A DNA stretch of 64,000 bases from Acidimicrobiia bacterium (GCA_046756405.1 JBHHWH010000002.1:240-64239), one strand, 5' to 3'. Shown: positions 29,022 to 38,443, counted from the stretch's first letter. Notes: generated by a model not told the origin, from the sequence alone. Translations and numbers: made by a program.

Positions 29022-29816
29022 TTAAGCATCCACGTCGGGTCCGGTCCTCACTGGTCTGGACAGGGAGTTCCCCTGTACGAGCCGTACCCCGAGGTCATAG
29101 AGGGTCTGGACATCCGCGACGTTTTCTACGCGTTCGGCGATAAGGCGGATGCCCCACTCTTTGCACCAGGTCGCTGCTTCGGCTAGATCGACCTGGGCCA
29201 TAGGGTCATCAATCAGTCCTGAGATCACGTCTACCTTCGCAAAGTCGGGACGAAGATCGGTCAACGTTGGGTGCCAAGCGGACAAGCTTCCAAGGGGAAT
29301 GTCATCGATTGCCACCAGAGCCCCTGCTCCCCGCAACTGGAAGACGAACTCTTGGCATGCTCGGTTGAAGACCAAAGGCGCAGAAATGTCGCAGACGAGG
29401 CGACTAGACAACTCTGGCAGCACTCGTTTCGCCAGATCAAGGGCGACCGGCGGCGATGCGTTGAGAAACAGCAGTGACTCGGTGAGCATCCGCGGTGGTG
29501 CCTGCACCGCTCTCATGGCGGCGGTGATCTCAAGATCTCGGGATAGTTCCATGTCCGAGGCGACCCGGAACCACAGGCCAGCCGGGATGGCGGCGTCGGC
29601 CGGAAAACGGGCCAGTGCTTCGTAGCCGTGGATCCTCGGTATCCCTCCATGCAGCCCGAATACGGGCTGGAAGACTATGTCGACCGAGCCTTCGGCGATG
29701 ACACTCGGTAGCAGCATGCGAACCTTACGTTCCCACTGCCAATACCGAGCGAGGGCCAGCAGGTCGGCCTGTGACCCCGACGTCTGATGGAGCTGTTCCG
29801 GTACCGAGGATTCCAC
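29022..29816 (-). CDS. Standalone EAL-domain protein with degenerate DDFGTG motif
   Basis: EAL signature present (HGYEALARF). The DDFGTG position reads AIDDIPLG. A C-terminal (E/Q)xLVQG-like stretch (VRLVQGNSLSRPV) follows. GTG start; an in-frame ATG at 29717 is an alternative. Confidence 0.75.
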   Translation of the reverse strand: MESSVPEQLHQTSGSQADLLALARYWQWERKVRMLLPSVIAEGSVDIVFQPVFGLHGGIPRIHGYEALARFPADAAIPAGLWFRVASDMELSRDLEITAAMRAVQAPPRMLTESLLFLNASPPVALDLAKRVLPELSSRLVCDISAPLVFNRACQEFVFQLRGAGALVAIDDIPLGSLSAWHPTLTDLRPDFAKVDVISGLIDDPMAQVDLAEAATWCKEWGIRLIAERVENVADVQTLYDLGVRLVQGNSLSRPVRTGPDVDA

Positions 29817-29963
29817 TGTCAGCGGTATCGACTCAAAGGGGAAAATCCTTGAGCCGGACCGATGATGTCGCCGGTCTCAGTGACTGATCCGCCTCGCCCC
29901 AGCAGGACGTGGATCCAGGTGCCCAGTACTATTATTAAACGTAGTAGTCAGACGGGATTGGCC

Positions 29964-30797
29964 ATGGTGGATCAGAGCCTCCTGCTCGTCCTTGTGCTGG
30001 CCCTCGCCGCCGCGGTCGCGGGGATAGCCGCCGTCGTTCGCGATCGCCCGCGACCCCAAACCCCGGAGCGGGTTCCCACGGGTGGGTCACCCCAAGTTCA
30101 CTTGCCGCCGTCGACTGAACCGAAGAGCTTGGAGCAGCCGGCTCCGAAGCCGGTGAAGTTTCATAGACCCTCTGTGGGGGACCGCGAGGGTCTTGGCCGC
30201 GGTGGCGCTCAGCGGGTCATCGAAGTCCCTCCCGAAGAAGCAGGACTCACCAGGCGTCGTTTCCTAAACCGTGCCACAGCCACGTTCTTCGGGACGTATC
30301 TCGCCCTCTTAGGGTCTTCGATGCTCTCGTTCTTCTGGCCCAGGCTGACCGGTGGTTTCGGCACCAAGGTAGATGTCGGGCCGATTGCCGACATCAATAC
30401 CCAGTTGATCGCCTCTGACGGGAGGTCTTCCTTCGTGGAGATACCCGAGGCGCGCGCCTACATCGTCCCCGTCACCAAAGAGCAGCTAGAGGCCTCCCAG
30501 TTTGCAGGACAGGACCTGGAGGTCGATGGGGTGATGGCGCTGTGGTGGCGCTGTGTCCACCTCGGATGCAAGACCCCGTGGTGCGCCAGCTCGATTGGAT
30601 TCGAGTGCCCGTGTCATGGATCGAGGTACACGCTGCTCGGAGAGTATGCGGCCGGTCCTGCACCCCGTAACCTGGACCGCTTCGTCGTTTCGTTGACCGA
30701 GGACCGCCGTCTCATCGTGGACACCTCTTCCATCGTCCAGACCCCCAGGGCACCCAAGCACGCGGTGCCGTACCCTCAGGGCCCGACCTGCGTGTGA
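29964..30797 (+). CDS. bc1/b6f-type Rieske [2Fe-2S] protein with N-terminal TM helix and internal twin-arginine motif (QcrA-like)
   Basis: Box I CVHLGC and box II CPCHGS with the extra disulfide cysteines typical of bc-complex Rieske proteins. Tat-like RRRFLNRATA precedes a second hydrophobic helix. Start uncertain (track ORF from 29862). Confidence 0.8.
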   Translation: MVDQSLLLVLVLALAAAVAGIAAVVRDRPRPQTPERVPTGGSPQVHLPPSTEPKSLEQPAPKPVKFHRPSVGDREGLGRGGAQRVIEVPPEEAGLTRRRFLNRATATFFGTYLALLGSSMLSFFWPRLTGGFGTKVDVGPIADINTQLIASDGRSSFVEIPEARAYIVPVTKEQLEASQFAGQDLEVDGVMALWWRCVHLGCKTPWCASSIGFECPCHGSRYTLLGEYAAGPAPRNLDRFVVSLTEDRRLIVDTSSIVQTPRAPKHAVPYPQGPTCV

Positions 30798-30993
30798 TCC
30801 CTGGGGCGGCCTGCCGGGGTTGACTCCTCATGGATTGTCGCCTCAGGCTCGCCTTTCCCCTACTGGCCGTCCTCCATCGCGAAATCTCCTAGTAGTCGAC
30901 CTCCAGGTGGCGGCGTCTGATCGTTTTCCGTCCCTTGAGTCCTAGTGTTGGTGGCGATGCAGAAGCCGTTTCCGGGACGAGCAGGCGGACAGA

Positions 30994-32649
30994 TTGAGTC
31001 TGCGTAGCACCGTCCTCTCGCGACTTCGCAACGGCTCCTTTGATGTACTTGTCGTAGGTGGGGGGATCAACGGGGCGGTTTCGGCTGCGGTTCTGGCGGG
31101 GCGGGGAGCGAATGTGGCTCTGGTGGACCGGGGAGACTTCGGGGGGTTCACCAGTCAGGAGTCTTCGAATCTGGTCTGGGGCGGGATCAAGTACTTGGAG
31201 ACCTACGAGCTTCTTCTGGTGCGGAGGCTGTGCCGGTCCCGGAACCGTCTGGTGGAGGCCTTTCCGGACAACGTGAGGCCGATCGGGTTCTTGGCGACCC
31301 TCGACGAGAAGTCACCTCATCGGCTGTGGCTGGCAGCTCTGGGCACCTACCTCTATTGGGCCATTGGCAGTTTCAAGACCCACCATCCTCGGGTGCTAAG
31401 CGCCAGGGACATTGCCGAGTTGGAACCGGTGATAGACACTTCGTCGTCTGTCGGTGGAGTCGAGTATTACGACGCCTATCTGGCCGATAATGACTCTAGG
31501 TTCGTGTTCGGCTTCGTCAGGTCGGCGCTCGATGCCGGGGCCAGTGCTGCCAACTATGTGGAAGTGGTGGCGGCGGAGTTCGGCGACGGCCGGTGGAGGG
31601 TGACCCTGCGCGACGTGGAGGAGGGTGGGGAGCCGTTCCGCTGTACCGCCCGGGTCCTGATTAATGCCGCCGGGCCGTTTGTCACCGACCTGAACCAGAT
31701 GCTCGGGATAACGACGGGACACACCCTGGTCTACTCCAAAGGGATCCACCTCATCGTTCCCCAGATCACTTCCAACCGGAGGGTCCTCGCCTTCTACGAC
31801 GACACCCAGCGGCTGTTCTACGTGATCCCGATGGGTAGAAGGTCGGTCATCGGCACCACCGACACCCGGGTCGATACCCCCTACACAGAGGTGACGGCCG
31901 AGGACCGCGCTCTTCTTCTCGGCCAGATCAACGCTCGGCTTGTTCTGGACCGGCCCCTCACCGAAGACGATGTGATCGCCGATCGGAGCGGGGTGAGACC
32001 TCTGGTGGTTCAAGCGGACCGGGAGGTGGGCGACGACATCGACTGGACCAAGCTGTCACGCAAACATGTGATCGAAGCCGACTCCGACCGCAGTGTGATC
32101 ACCATCCTCGGAGGCAAACTCACCGACTGTCTCAACGTCGGCGAGGAAGTGGCGGAATGTGTAGAGGAGTTGAACATCCCCTTGGAACCGGACACCCAGA
32201 CCTGGTACGGGGAACCGGCTCCAGCCACACGGGAAGAGTTCTTCCGCCAGGCACGTCTGATGCACCTGGACGACCTGCGCCCCGACCCGAACCTGGAGCC
32301 GGTTTCGGAGCGCCTATGGCGCCGGTATGGGCGTCGTGCCTTCGCCATGCTCGACGAGATCCGCAACGATCCCAGGATGGGGGAGGACATCATCGAGAAA
32401 GCCGACTATCTGAGAGTAGAGCTGCATCAGGCTGCCGAGACGGAGATGGTGACCAGGCTGGAAGATTTCCTGCGGCGTCGCTCCAAGATCACCCAGGTGG
32501 TCCCCGAAGAGGAGGTTCTGGCATCTCCGGGCCTTGACGAGGCTGTGGAGATCCTCTTTGGTGATGACGCCGAGCAGAAACTGGAGGAGTTCCTCAGCGA
32601 TCACGACCTGACGCGCAGCAGGTCGAGCGATGGCACCGACAAGGGGTGA
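30994..32649 (+). CDS. glpD: FAD-dependent glycerol-3-phosphate dehydrogenase
   Basis: 551 aa. FAD-binding motif DVLVVGGGINGAVSA. GlpD-family middle and C-terminal domains. TTG start as given by the track. Confidence 0.85.
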   Translation: MSLRSTVLSRLRNGSFDVLVVGGGINGAVSAAVLAGRGANVALVDRGDFGGFTSQESSNLVWGGIKYLETYELLLVRRLCRSRNRLVEAFPDNVRPIGFLATLDEKSPHRLWLAALGTYLYWAIGSFKTHHPRVLSARDIAELEPVIDTSSSVGGVEYYDAYLADNDSRFVFGFVRSALDAGASAANYVEVVAAEFGDGRWRVTLRDVEEGGEPFRCTARVLINAAGPFVTDLNQMLGITTGHTLVYSKGIHLIVPQITSNRRVLAFYDDTQRLFYVIPMGRRSVIGTTDTRVDTPYTEVTAEDRALLLGQINARLVLDRPLTEDDVIADRSGVRPLVVQADREVGDDIDWTKLSRKHVIEADSDRSVITILGGKLTDCLNVGEEVAECVEELNIPLEPDTQTWYGEPAPATREEFFRQARLMHLDDLRPDPNLEPVSERLWRRYGRRAFAMLDEIRNDPRMGEDIIEKADYLRVELHQAAETEMVTRLEDFLRRRSKITQVVPEEEVLASPGLDEAVEILFGDDAEQKLEEFLSDHDLTRSRSSDGTDKG

Positions 32650-33045
32650 TTGACGGGGCGGGGAGACCCTCGGCGTAGTCCGGTTAACGTGAGCCCGTGT
32701 TGTGGATCAAGAGGATCCTCGCCGCTGTCGTGGTTCGTCCAGAACGAGGTCGACCAAGGTCGCAAGGATCTCAACTTCTCTGAATGGCAGCGACCCCAGG
32801 AGGGGGGCGAGGCCGCGGAGACGGTGTGGGAGGGTTCAATGCCTCCTCTCCTCTACCAGTGGACCTGATCTCGCCTCACCGATGCCGAGATGGAAGCTCT
32901 AGCCGCCGGCCTGACGGCGACGCTCGGTGACGAAAACGACAGCGATGGCGGACCGGAAAACGAGAAGGAGAGAGACGAAGACGACTAGCAGCACCGGATC
33001 AGGAGTGAGTCAGCCAGGTCACGGTCAGGCCCCCGAGGTTGGCTG

Positions 33046-33708
33046 ATGGGCTCGGGTCTAACCCCGGAGCGGGCCCGCTCGGTCTACGACCGGATCGGCC
33101 AGCTCCAGGACTGGCAGAGCTTCTACGAGTCGAAGGCGCTCAACGAGCTGATCATCCACGGGGAGTTCGACTCAGCTCGCGCCGTCTTCGAGCTGGGATG
33201 TGGAACCGGGGCCTTCGCCGAGCGCCTCCTCCGCCATCACCTTCCCCTCGACGCCAGCTACGTCGGCGTCGACGTGAGCGACACGATGGTTCGCCTAGCG
33301 GAGGCACGGCTGGAGGAGTGGCCGGATCGATGCCGGATCGTCCAAACCGACGGTCGGCTGCCGTTACCCGGAAGCGACGCCTCGTTCGACCGATTCATAG
33401 CCACCTACGTCTTCGACCTTCTCCCCGAGGACTACGCCGGGGAGATACTGGACGAAGCGAGGAGGCTTCTCACCGCTGACGGGCTGCTGTGTGCCGCGTC
33501 CCTTACCCGCGGTAGGAAGCCGGCGGAAAAGGCCCTCTGCACCGCATGGGAGTGGGTCGCGAAGCGGTCACCGGCCCTGCTCGGTGGGTGCCGTCCGATA
33601 GAACTCGGCCAGTACCTCGGCCCCAGCTGGGAGATCCTCTATCGCACGGTTGTCTCCGCCTTCGCCGTACCTACCGAGGTGGTCATAGCCAGGCCCGGGC
33701 ACAGTTAG
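33046..33708 (+). CDS. Class I SAM-dependent methyltransferase
   Basis: Motif I VFELGCGTGAF. Motif II/III region (DRFIATYVFDLL, GLLCAAS). Confidence 0.75.
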   Translation: MGSGLTPERARSVYDRIGQLQDWQSFYESKALNELIIHGEFDSARAVFELGCGTGAFAERLLRHHLPLDASYVGVDVSDTMVRLAEARLEEWPDRCRIVQTDGRLPLPGSDASFDRFIATYVFDLLPEDYAGEILDEARRLLTADGLLCAASLTRGRKPAEKALCTAWEWVAKRSPALLGGCRPIELGQYLGPSWEILYRTVVSAFAVPTEVVIARPGHS

Positions 33709-34883
33709 CCGCTTCGCTCCATCGTGGTGATCGTCTCGGCCACGCCGCCCAGCTCCGGATGAAGCCCAGCCACCTGGGCAGCCAGCTCGTTGAGTTCGCG
33801 GAGAGGGTCCTCCGCGGTTAACGCGACGATCTCGAAGGTCGGCGCGGCGACCTCCGCTTTCCCGATGGGTTGTCGCACCAGGAAGAGGGCCAGCTCCGAC
33901 AAGGCCCGGGACATCAGCCGGTAGAGGCGGTCCACCAGATCTGACTTGTCCTCCCGCGGACTGAACAGCTCGGCGAGGGTGAGGTAGGTGTAGCCGTAGC
34001 AGCCGTTGAACAGGTCCGACACCGGCCGAAGCTCCTCCGGGTAGTCCGCGGTGCGGGGGTTGGTTGGGACCGGCCGCACCGGGCCGAGGGGAGATTCGCC
34101 GTCGACGATCTGTGCCAGCTTGTGGTAGTGGGTCAGCTCCTGATGGGAGGGGTCAGTCCATCTTTCGGTGCTCAGGCCCTCACCTTGGTGGACGATGACT
34201 TCGATGGTGGCGAGGGCACTGTCGACCCCGTCTACGAGTATCAGACCGCCACTGTCGGCGGCGTCGAATTCGACTGGCGCGTAGAAGGCAGGGTCTGACA
34301 GCTGGCGTTCCGGTTGCGGGTCGGCGAAGAGGTCGTGTCGCTTCGAAAGTTCAACGATGCCTACTTCCAGGGCATGGTAGAACTGGCCAAGGGTTTCGTA
34401 GGCATCGGGTTCGGGTGGGGCGCCGTGAACTTCGGGCTGCTCTATTCGCATCAGCACCTCCCGGATCATCTCTGTCGAGCACGGCTCGAGGTTGAGTTCA
34501 AGGAGCGGCTGGTGGTGCGGCAGGAGACCCGGGTAGGTGGGCAGAAGCGCCGTTGTATCGAAGCGAGGTTCGCCGCCCATGGCTGTCAGCAGGTTGGCGG
34601 CGAGAACGGCGTGGAGCATCTCCTCGGTGACGATGCTTCTGATGAGGAGCGCCGCTTCCGACCTTTGGTCCTCGATCGAGTACATGGCGAACAGGTAGGG
34701 CGGGATTGTCGAGAGTTCGACCTGGATGGCCAGCTCCAGGTGAGAGCGCAGGTCCTGGGGGGTGTTGATCGGCAAGGGGTCCCTCTTGTAAGGGCTCGAA
34801 ATGTAGCCTGTCGGCGGACGCTCCCATCGGATACGAACTGCATGCGGGTCAAGGGCTTGTTGGACGACTGGCCGCAGCGGCAC
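33705..34883 (-). CDS. Ferritin-like-domain protein (PF12902-type; ELSTIPPYLFAMYSI motif); true N-terminus uncertain, possibly fused upstream
   Basis: 392 aa as tracked from a GTG. Conserved ferritin-like signature (LELAIQVELSTIPPYLFAMYSI ... EEMLHA). No stop separates it from the upstream CDGSH-like frame except by frame change. Confidence 0.65.
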   Translation of the reverse strand: MPLRPVVQQALDPHAVRIRWERPPTGYISSPYKRDPLPINTPQDLRSHLELAIQVELSTIPPYLFAMYSIEDQRSEAALLIRSIVTEEMLHAVLAANLLTAMGGEPRFDTTALLPTYPGLLPHHQPLLELNLEPCSTEMIREVLMRIEQPEVHGAPPEPDAYETLGQFYHALEVGIVELSKRHDLFADPQPERQLSDPAFYAPVEFDAADSGGLILVDGVDSALATIEVIVHQGEGLSTERWTDPSHQELTHYHKLAQIVDGESPLGPVRPVPTNPRTADYPEELRPVSDLFNGCYGYTYLTLAELFSPREDKSDLVDRLYRLMSRALSELALFLVRQPIGKAEVAAPTFEIVALTAEDPLRELNELAAQVAGLHPELGGVAETITTMERSG

Positions 34884-35044
34884 AGCCAGAAAGGGGCGGT
34901 GGCCGGGATCGGCTCGTCGACAGCCCAGGTCTCGGGCTCTCCCAAGGGAGAACGGACGATGTGCTCGGGGGTGAGGGGAAGGTCGGCGCGGACCTCGTAG
35001 GGCCCGTCCCGGGTGATAACGATGTCGTATTCGATTTCGAACAT
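34814..35044 (-). pseudogene. CDGSH-type iron-sulfur-domain-like N-terminal segment with degenerate motif; frame runs into and overlaps the ferritin-like gene
   Basis: MFEIEYDIVITRDGPYEV ... LCRCGQSSNKP matches the bacterial CDGSH fold (GPYxV ... CRCGxSxNKPFCDGSH). The distal FCDGSH reads LTRMQFVSDGSV (third Cys and His lost, 5-aa insertion). The tracked ORF continues to 34586 as composition-biased sequence overlapping the ferritin-like CDS. Confidence 0.4.
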
Positions 35045-35099
35045 GCGCCTTACCGGGACCCTATTCGCCGGAGGCGCCGTCGGCCCGGGCTGGATCGTC

Positions 35100-36068
35100 T
35101 CAGGCGCCAGCGAGCTCTTCGAGGGCCCGGCTGACGAACACCGGCACCATCTTCTTGCGGTAGCGGGAGGTGAGATCGGTATTCGCCAGAGGGCGCGCCA
35201 GCACCCTCGCCTCTTCCGCCGCGACGGTGATGGCCTCCTCGTTCAGAGAGCTCCCCACCAGGGCCTCTTCAGCCTTGGGGACCCGCAGCGGCGCGGAGGT
35301 GATGGCACCCAACACGATCCGGGCTCCGGCGCAGGTCCCGTCTGCAAAGCGGAGCGCGGCGGCGACGCCCAGGATGGGGAAGTCGACGCTGCCCCGACGC
35401 CTCAGCTTGTGGTAGGTGGCTCGTAGGTCAGGCTGGTGGGGGATGGTCACCTCGGTGAGCACCTCGTCGGGCGCCTTTACATGATGGGCCATCCCGTCGT
35501 TCTGGTAGAGGCCCTCGACAGGAAGGGTGCGCCGACCTCCAGGACCCACCAGGGTGACCGAGGCTTCCAGGGCTACCATCACCGGTGCCAGATCCGATGA
35601 GCTGACCGCCCAACAGTGTTTCTTCGCAGGGGCCACCCAGCAGGTGTCACCACCCGCCTTCAGACAAGGCTCGGCCGCCTGACGCCACAGGTCGGGGACG
35701 TTGAGCCAGTCACAGCGGGTATCCACTAGGAGGTTTCCGCCCACGGTCCCCTGGTTGCGTATCTGGGGGGTGGCCACCGACCCTGCTGCCTTGCTCACCA
35801 CCGCCGGAACCCGCGGGTCCTGAGAGACCTCGACGAGGGTGGTGAGGGCCCCGATCCGGATCGTGCCCTCGTCGTCGACCGTCACCCCCCTCATGTCGGG
35901 TACACGCCGCAGGGATACGATCACCGAGGCTGGATGCTGGCGCCGCTTCAGGTTGGGCACCAGGTCAGTACCGCCGGCGGCCAGCACGGCCCCATCGGTG
36001 CCGAGCATCTCGACGGCCTCCTCGACGGTGGTGGGGGTGGCGTGGCGGAGGGGAGGAAGGCGGAGCAT
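35100..36068 (-). CDS. FAD-binding medium subunit of xanthine-dehydrogenase-family enzyme with HcrB-type 4-Cys insertion (predicted [4Fe-4S])
   Basis: 322 aa. FAD-binding domain (AAGGTDL..., ATPQIRNQGTVGGNL). Insertion C119-x15-C135-x7-C143-x8-C152 (TRCDWLNVPDLWRQAAEPCLKAGGDTCWVAPAKKHCW) is absent from CoxM/XdhB-type subunits. Confidence 0.8.
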   Translation of the reverse strand: MLRLPPLRHATPTTVEEAVEMLGTDGAVLAAGGTDLVPNLKRRQHPASVIVSLRRVPDMRGVTVDDEGTIRIGALTTLVEVSQDPRVPAVVSKAAGSVATPQIRNQGTVGGNLLVDTRCDWLNVPDLWRQAAEPCLKAGGDTCWVAPAKKHCWAVSSSDLAPVMVALEASVTLVGPGGRRTLPVEGLYQNDGMAHHVKAPDEVLTEVTIPHQPDLRATYHKLRRRGSVDFPILGVAAALRFADGTCAGARIVLGAITSAPLRVPKAEEALVGSSLNEEAITVAAEEARVLARPLANTDLTSRYRKKMVPVFVSRALEELAGA

Positions 36069-38443
36069 CAGGCTTTGGCCCTCTCTGCCGGCGGTTCCAC
36101 CCGCAGTGGAGGCCGGAACTCGTAGGGAGGGATCCCGTCGGGCCCATAACGGCCGGGACCGCCCCGCTCGCGATCCCGCAGGGCGGAGAGGACGTAGTCG
36201 GGTCGGACCGGGACCTCGTCGACGCGGATCCCGAGGGCGTCGTAGACGGCGTTCACCACTGCCGGAATCACTGGAAGAAGGGGTCCTTGGCCTACCTCCT
36301 TGGCGCCGAAGGGACCCTCCGGGTCGAGGGATTCGACGAGGATCGACTCCACGGGGGGCATCTCCAGGACGGTGGGGATCTTGTAGTCGAGGAGGGATGG
36401 TCCCTTGTGCAGGGCACCTTTAAAGGCCTGCTCCTCCATGAGCACTTCACCCAGGGCCATATGGACGCTGCCTTCTATCTGGCCCTTGACCAGCAGCGGG
36501 TTGATGGCCCGGCCGATGTCGTGGGCCAGCCAGATCCTTCGCACCGACACCATCCCGGTCTCGGCGTCACAGTCCACCCGGGCTACGCAGGCCGCATAGG
36601 AGTAGGCGGGGGAGGGTCCCACTCCAGCACCCTTGTAGTCGCCTTTGATTCCCTCCGGTGGCCGGTAGGTTCCGGAGGTGACCAGGAGTCCATGGTGGGC
36701 TTCGGCGATCCGTACCGCCTCCGCCCAGGAAAGCTCTTTCTCACCGGCCCTCACCGCCCCCTTGCCGATGTCGACCTCATCGACGGCGAGGTCGAACTCT
36801 TTGGCCACGGCCGCCACCACCAAATCGGCGAGCTTGGCGGCGGCTTCGAGGGCGGCGTTGCCGGCCATGAAGGTCACCCGACTGGAGTAGGAGCCGAGGT
36901 CGATGGGAGTCAGATCGGTGTCAGCGGTGATCACCGCCAGCTCCGACGGATCCAGGCCGAGCACCTCACCGATCACCGTGGCCAGCATCGTCGTCGAACC
37001 CTGCCCACAGTCGGCGGCCATGGAATAGACGGTGACGCCGCCCCCCCGATCGACCTTGAGCATCACCTCCGACTGGGGCATGTCGTTGAAGTAGATGGGG
37101 AGTCCTGCCCCGGACAGGTAGCAGCCGACGGCCAACCCAACCCCCTGCCCTTCGGGAAGGCTGCGGTGTTTGCCGGAAAAGTCCGAGGCCTCCACCACCC
37201 GGTCGATGCACTCGGCGAGTCCGGTGGAGGTGATACGGAGGTGGTTGACGGTCCTGGTGAACGGTTCGACCAGATTGCGTCTCCGGATCGTCACCGGGTC
37301 GAGTCCCAAGTCCTCGGCAGCCTTGTCGAGGTGAGCTTCGAGGGCGAAGCGGGGCTGAGGGGTGCCGTGGCCGCGTTTAGGTCCGCAGGCCGGCTTGTTG
37401 GTGAACACCCGCACCCCTTGGAAGCGGTAGGCGGGAATCTTGTAGGTGGTGGTCTGGAGCTGGCCGGTGTAGAGGAGAGAGGCCGCTCCGTAGCTCCCGT
37501 AGGCGCCGCCGTCGACGAAGCTCTTGAACCACATGGCGGTGATCTCACCAACGTCGGTGAAACCGGTCTTCACCCACATCAGCACCGGATGCCGACCCCG
37601 ATGGGCGTAGAAGACCTCCTCCCGGGTGAGGATGATCTTCACCGGACGGCCGGTGATCAGAGCCATCTTGGCGGCGACGAACTCGTGGGAGAAAACGTCG
37701 GTCTTACCGCCGAAACCGCCGCCGGTGAGGCAGGCGGTGACCCGGATTCTGCCTTCAGGCATCTCCAGGACCTGGGCGAGGAGACGATGCAGGTAGTGGG
37801 GGACCTGAGTGGAGGAGTAAAGGTGAAGGCGCTGGTCGTCGCCGACGCGGGCCACCGCCCCGTGGGTTTCCAAGGCGGCGTGGTTGGAGCCCTGGTAGAA
37901 GAAGACATCCTCCCGGATGTGGTCGGCGATCTCGAAGCCGAAGTCAACATCTCCGAACTCGAGGGACACCTCCCGGTGACGGTTGTTGGCGGGCCCCTCC
38001 CGGTGGATGGGCTCATCGACTATTTCCAGGGCCTCGTCGATCGTGGTGACGGCGGGAAGGTCCTCGTAGGTGACTTCGATGAGATCGACCGCCTGCTCGG
38101 CGAGGTCGGGGTCGTCGGCGGCCACCGCGGCTACCGGGTCGCCGACATGACGGACCTTGTCGACAGCCAGGGCGTGCTCGTCCTGGCTCACCGGCAGCAG
38201 GCCGAAGCCGGCAGGCAGGTCCGCACCGGTCAACACGACGTGGACACCGTCGAGGGCCTCTGCCGCGGAGGCGTCGATGCTGACGATGCGGGCGTGGGCC
38301 TTCGGGGAGCGGAGGATCTTTCCGTAGAGCATCCCCGGATAGGAGATGTCGTCCACATACCGGGCCGTTCCCGTCGTCTGGGCGAGGGCGTCTACCCGGG
38401 GCGCTGGCCGGCCGACGATGCCACGGCGGGGTTCGGCGCTCAT
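36068..38443 (-). CDS. Molybdopterin-binding large subunit of xanthine-dehydrogenase-family enzyme (HcrA-like)
   Basis: 791 aa. Ald_Xan_dh_C and Ald_Xan_dh_C2 domain architecture. Start overlaps the upstream small-subunit stop. Stop codon abuts the FAD-subunit start codon. Confidence 0.85.
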   Translation of the reverse strand: MSAEPRRGIVGRPAPRVDALAQTTGTARYVDDISYPGMLYGKILRSPKAHARIVSIDASAAEALDGVHVVLTGADLPAGFGLLPVSQDEHALAVDKVRHVGDPVAAVAADDPDLAEQAVDLIEVTYEDLPAVTTIDEALEIVDEPIHREGPANNRHREVSLEFGDVDFGFEIADHIREDVFFYQGSNHAALETHGAVARVGDDQRLHLYSSTQVPHYLHRLLAQVLEMPEGRIRVTACLTGGGFGGKTDVFSHEFVAAKMALITGRPVKIILTREEVFYAHRGRHPVLMWVKTGFTDVGEITAMWFKSFVDGGAYGSYGAASLLYTGQLQTTTYKIPAYRFQGVRVFTNKPACGPKRGHGTPQPRFALEAHLDKAAEDLGLDPVTIRRRNLVEPFTRTVNHLRITSTGLAECIDRVVEASDFSGKHRSLPEGQGVGLAVGCYLSGAGLPIYFNDMPQSEVMLKVDRGGGVTVYSMAADCGQGSTTMLATVIGEVLGLDPSELAVITADTDLTPIDLGSYSSRVTFMAGNAALEAAAKLADLVVAAVAKEFDLAVDEVDIGKGAVRAGEKELSWAEAVRIAEAHHGLLVTSGTYRPPEGIKGDYKGAGVGPSPAYSYAACVARVDCDAETGMVSVRRIWLAHDIGRAINPLLVKGQIEGSVHMALGEVLMEEQAFKGALHKGPSLLDYKIPTVLEMPPVESILVESLDPEGPFGAKEVGQGPLLPVIPAVVNAVYDALGIRVDEVPVRPDYVLSALRDRERGGPGRYGPDGIPPYEFRPPLRVEPPAERAKA

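Noticed and set aside
34586-35044. CDGSH-like ORF considered as a bona fide CDGSH [2Fe-2S] protein
   Set aside because: Only the first two Cys of the C-x-C-x2-S-x3-P-x-C-D-G-S-H signature are present. The distal Cys and His are replaced and an insertion is present. Reported as degenerate or pseudogene-like.
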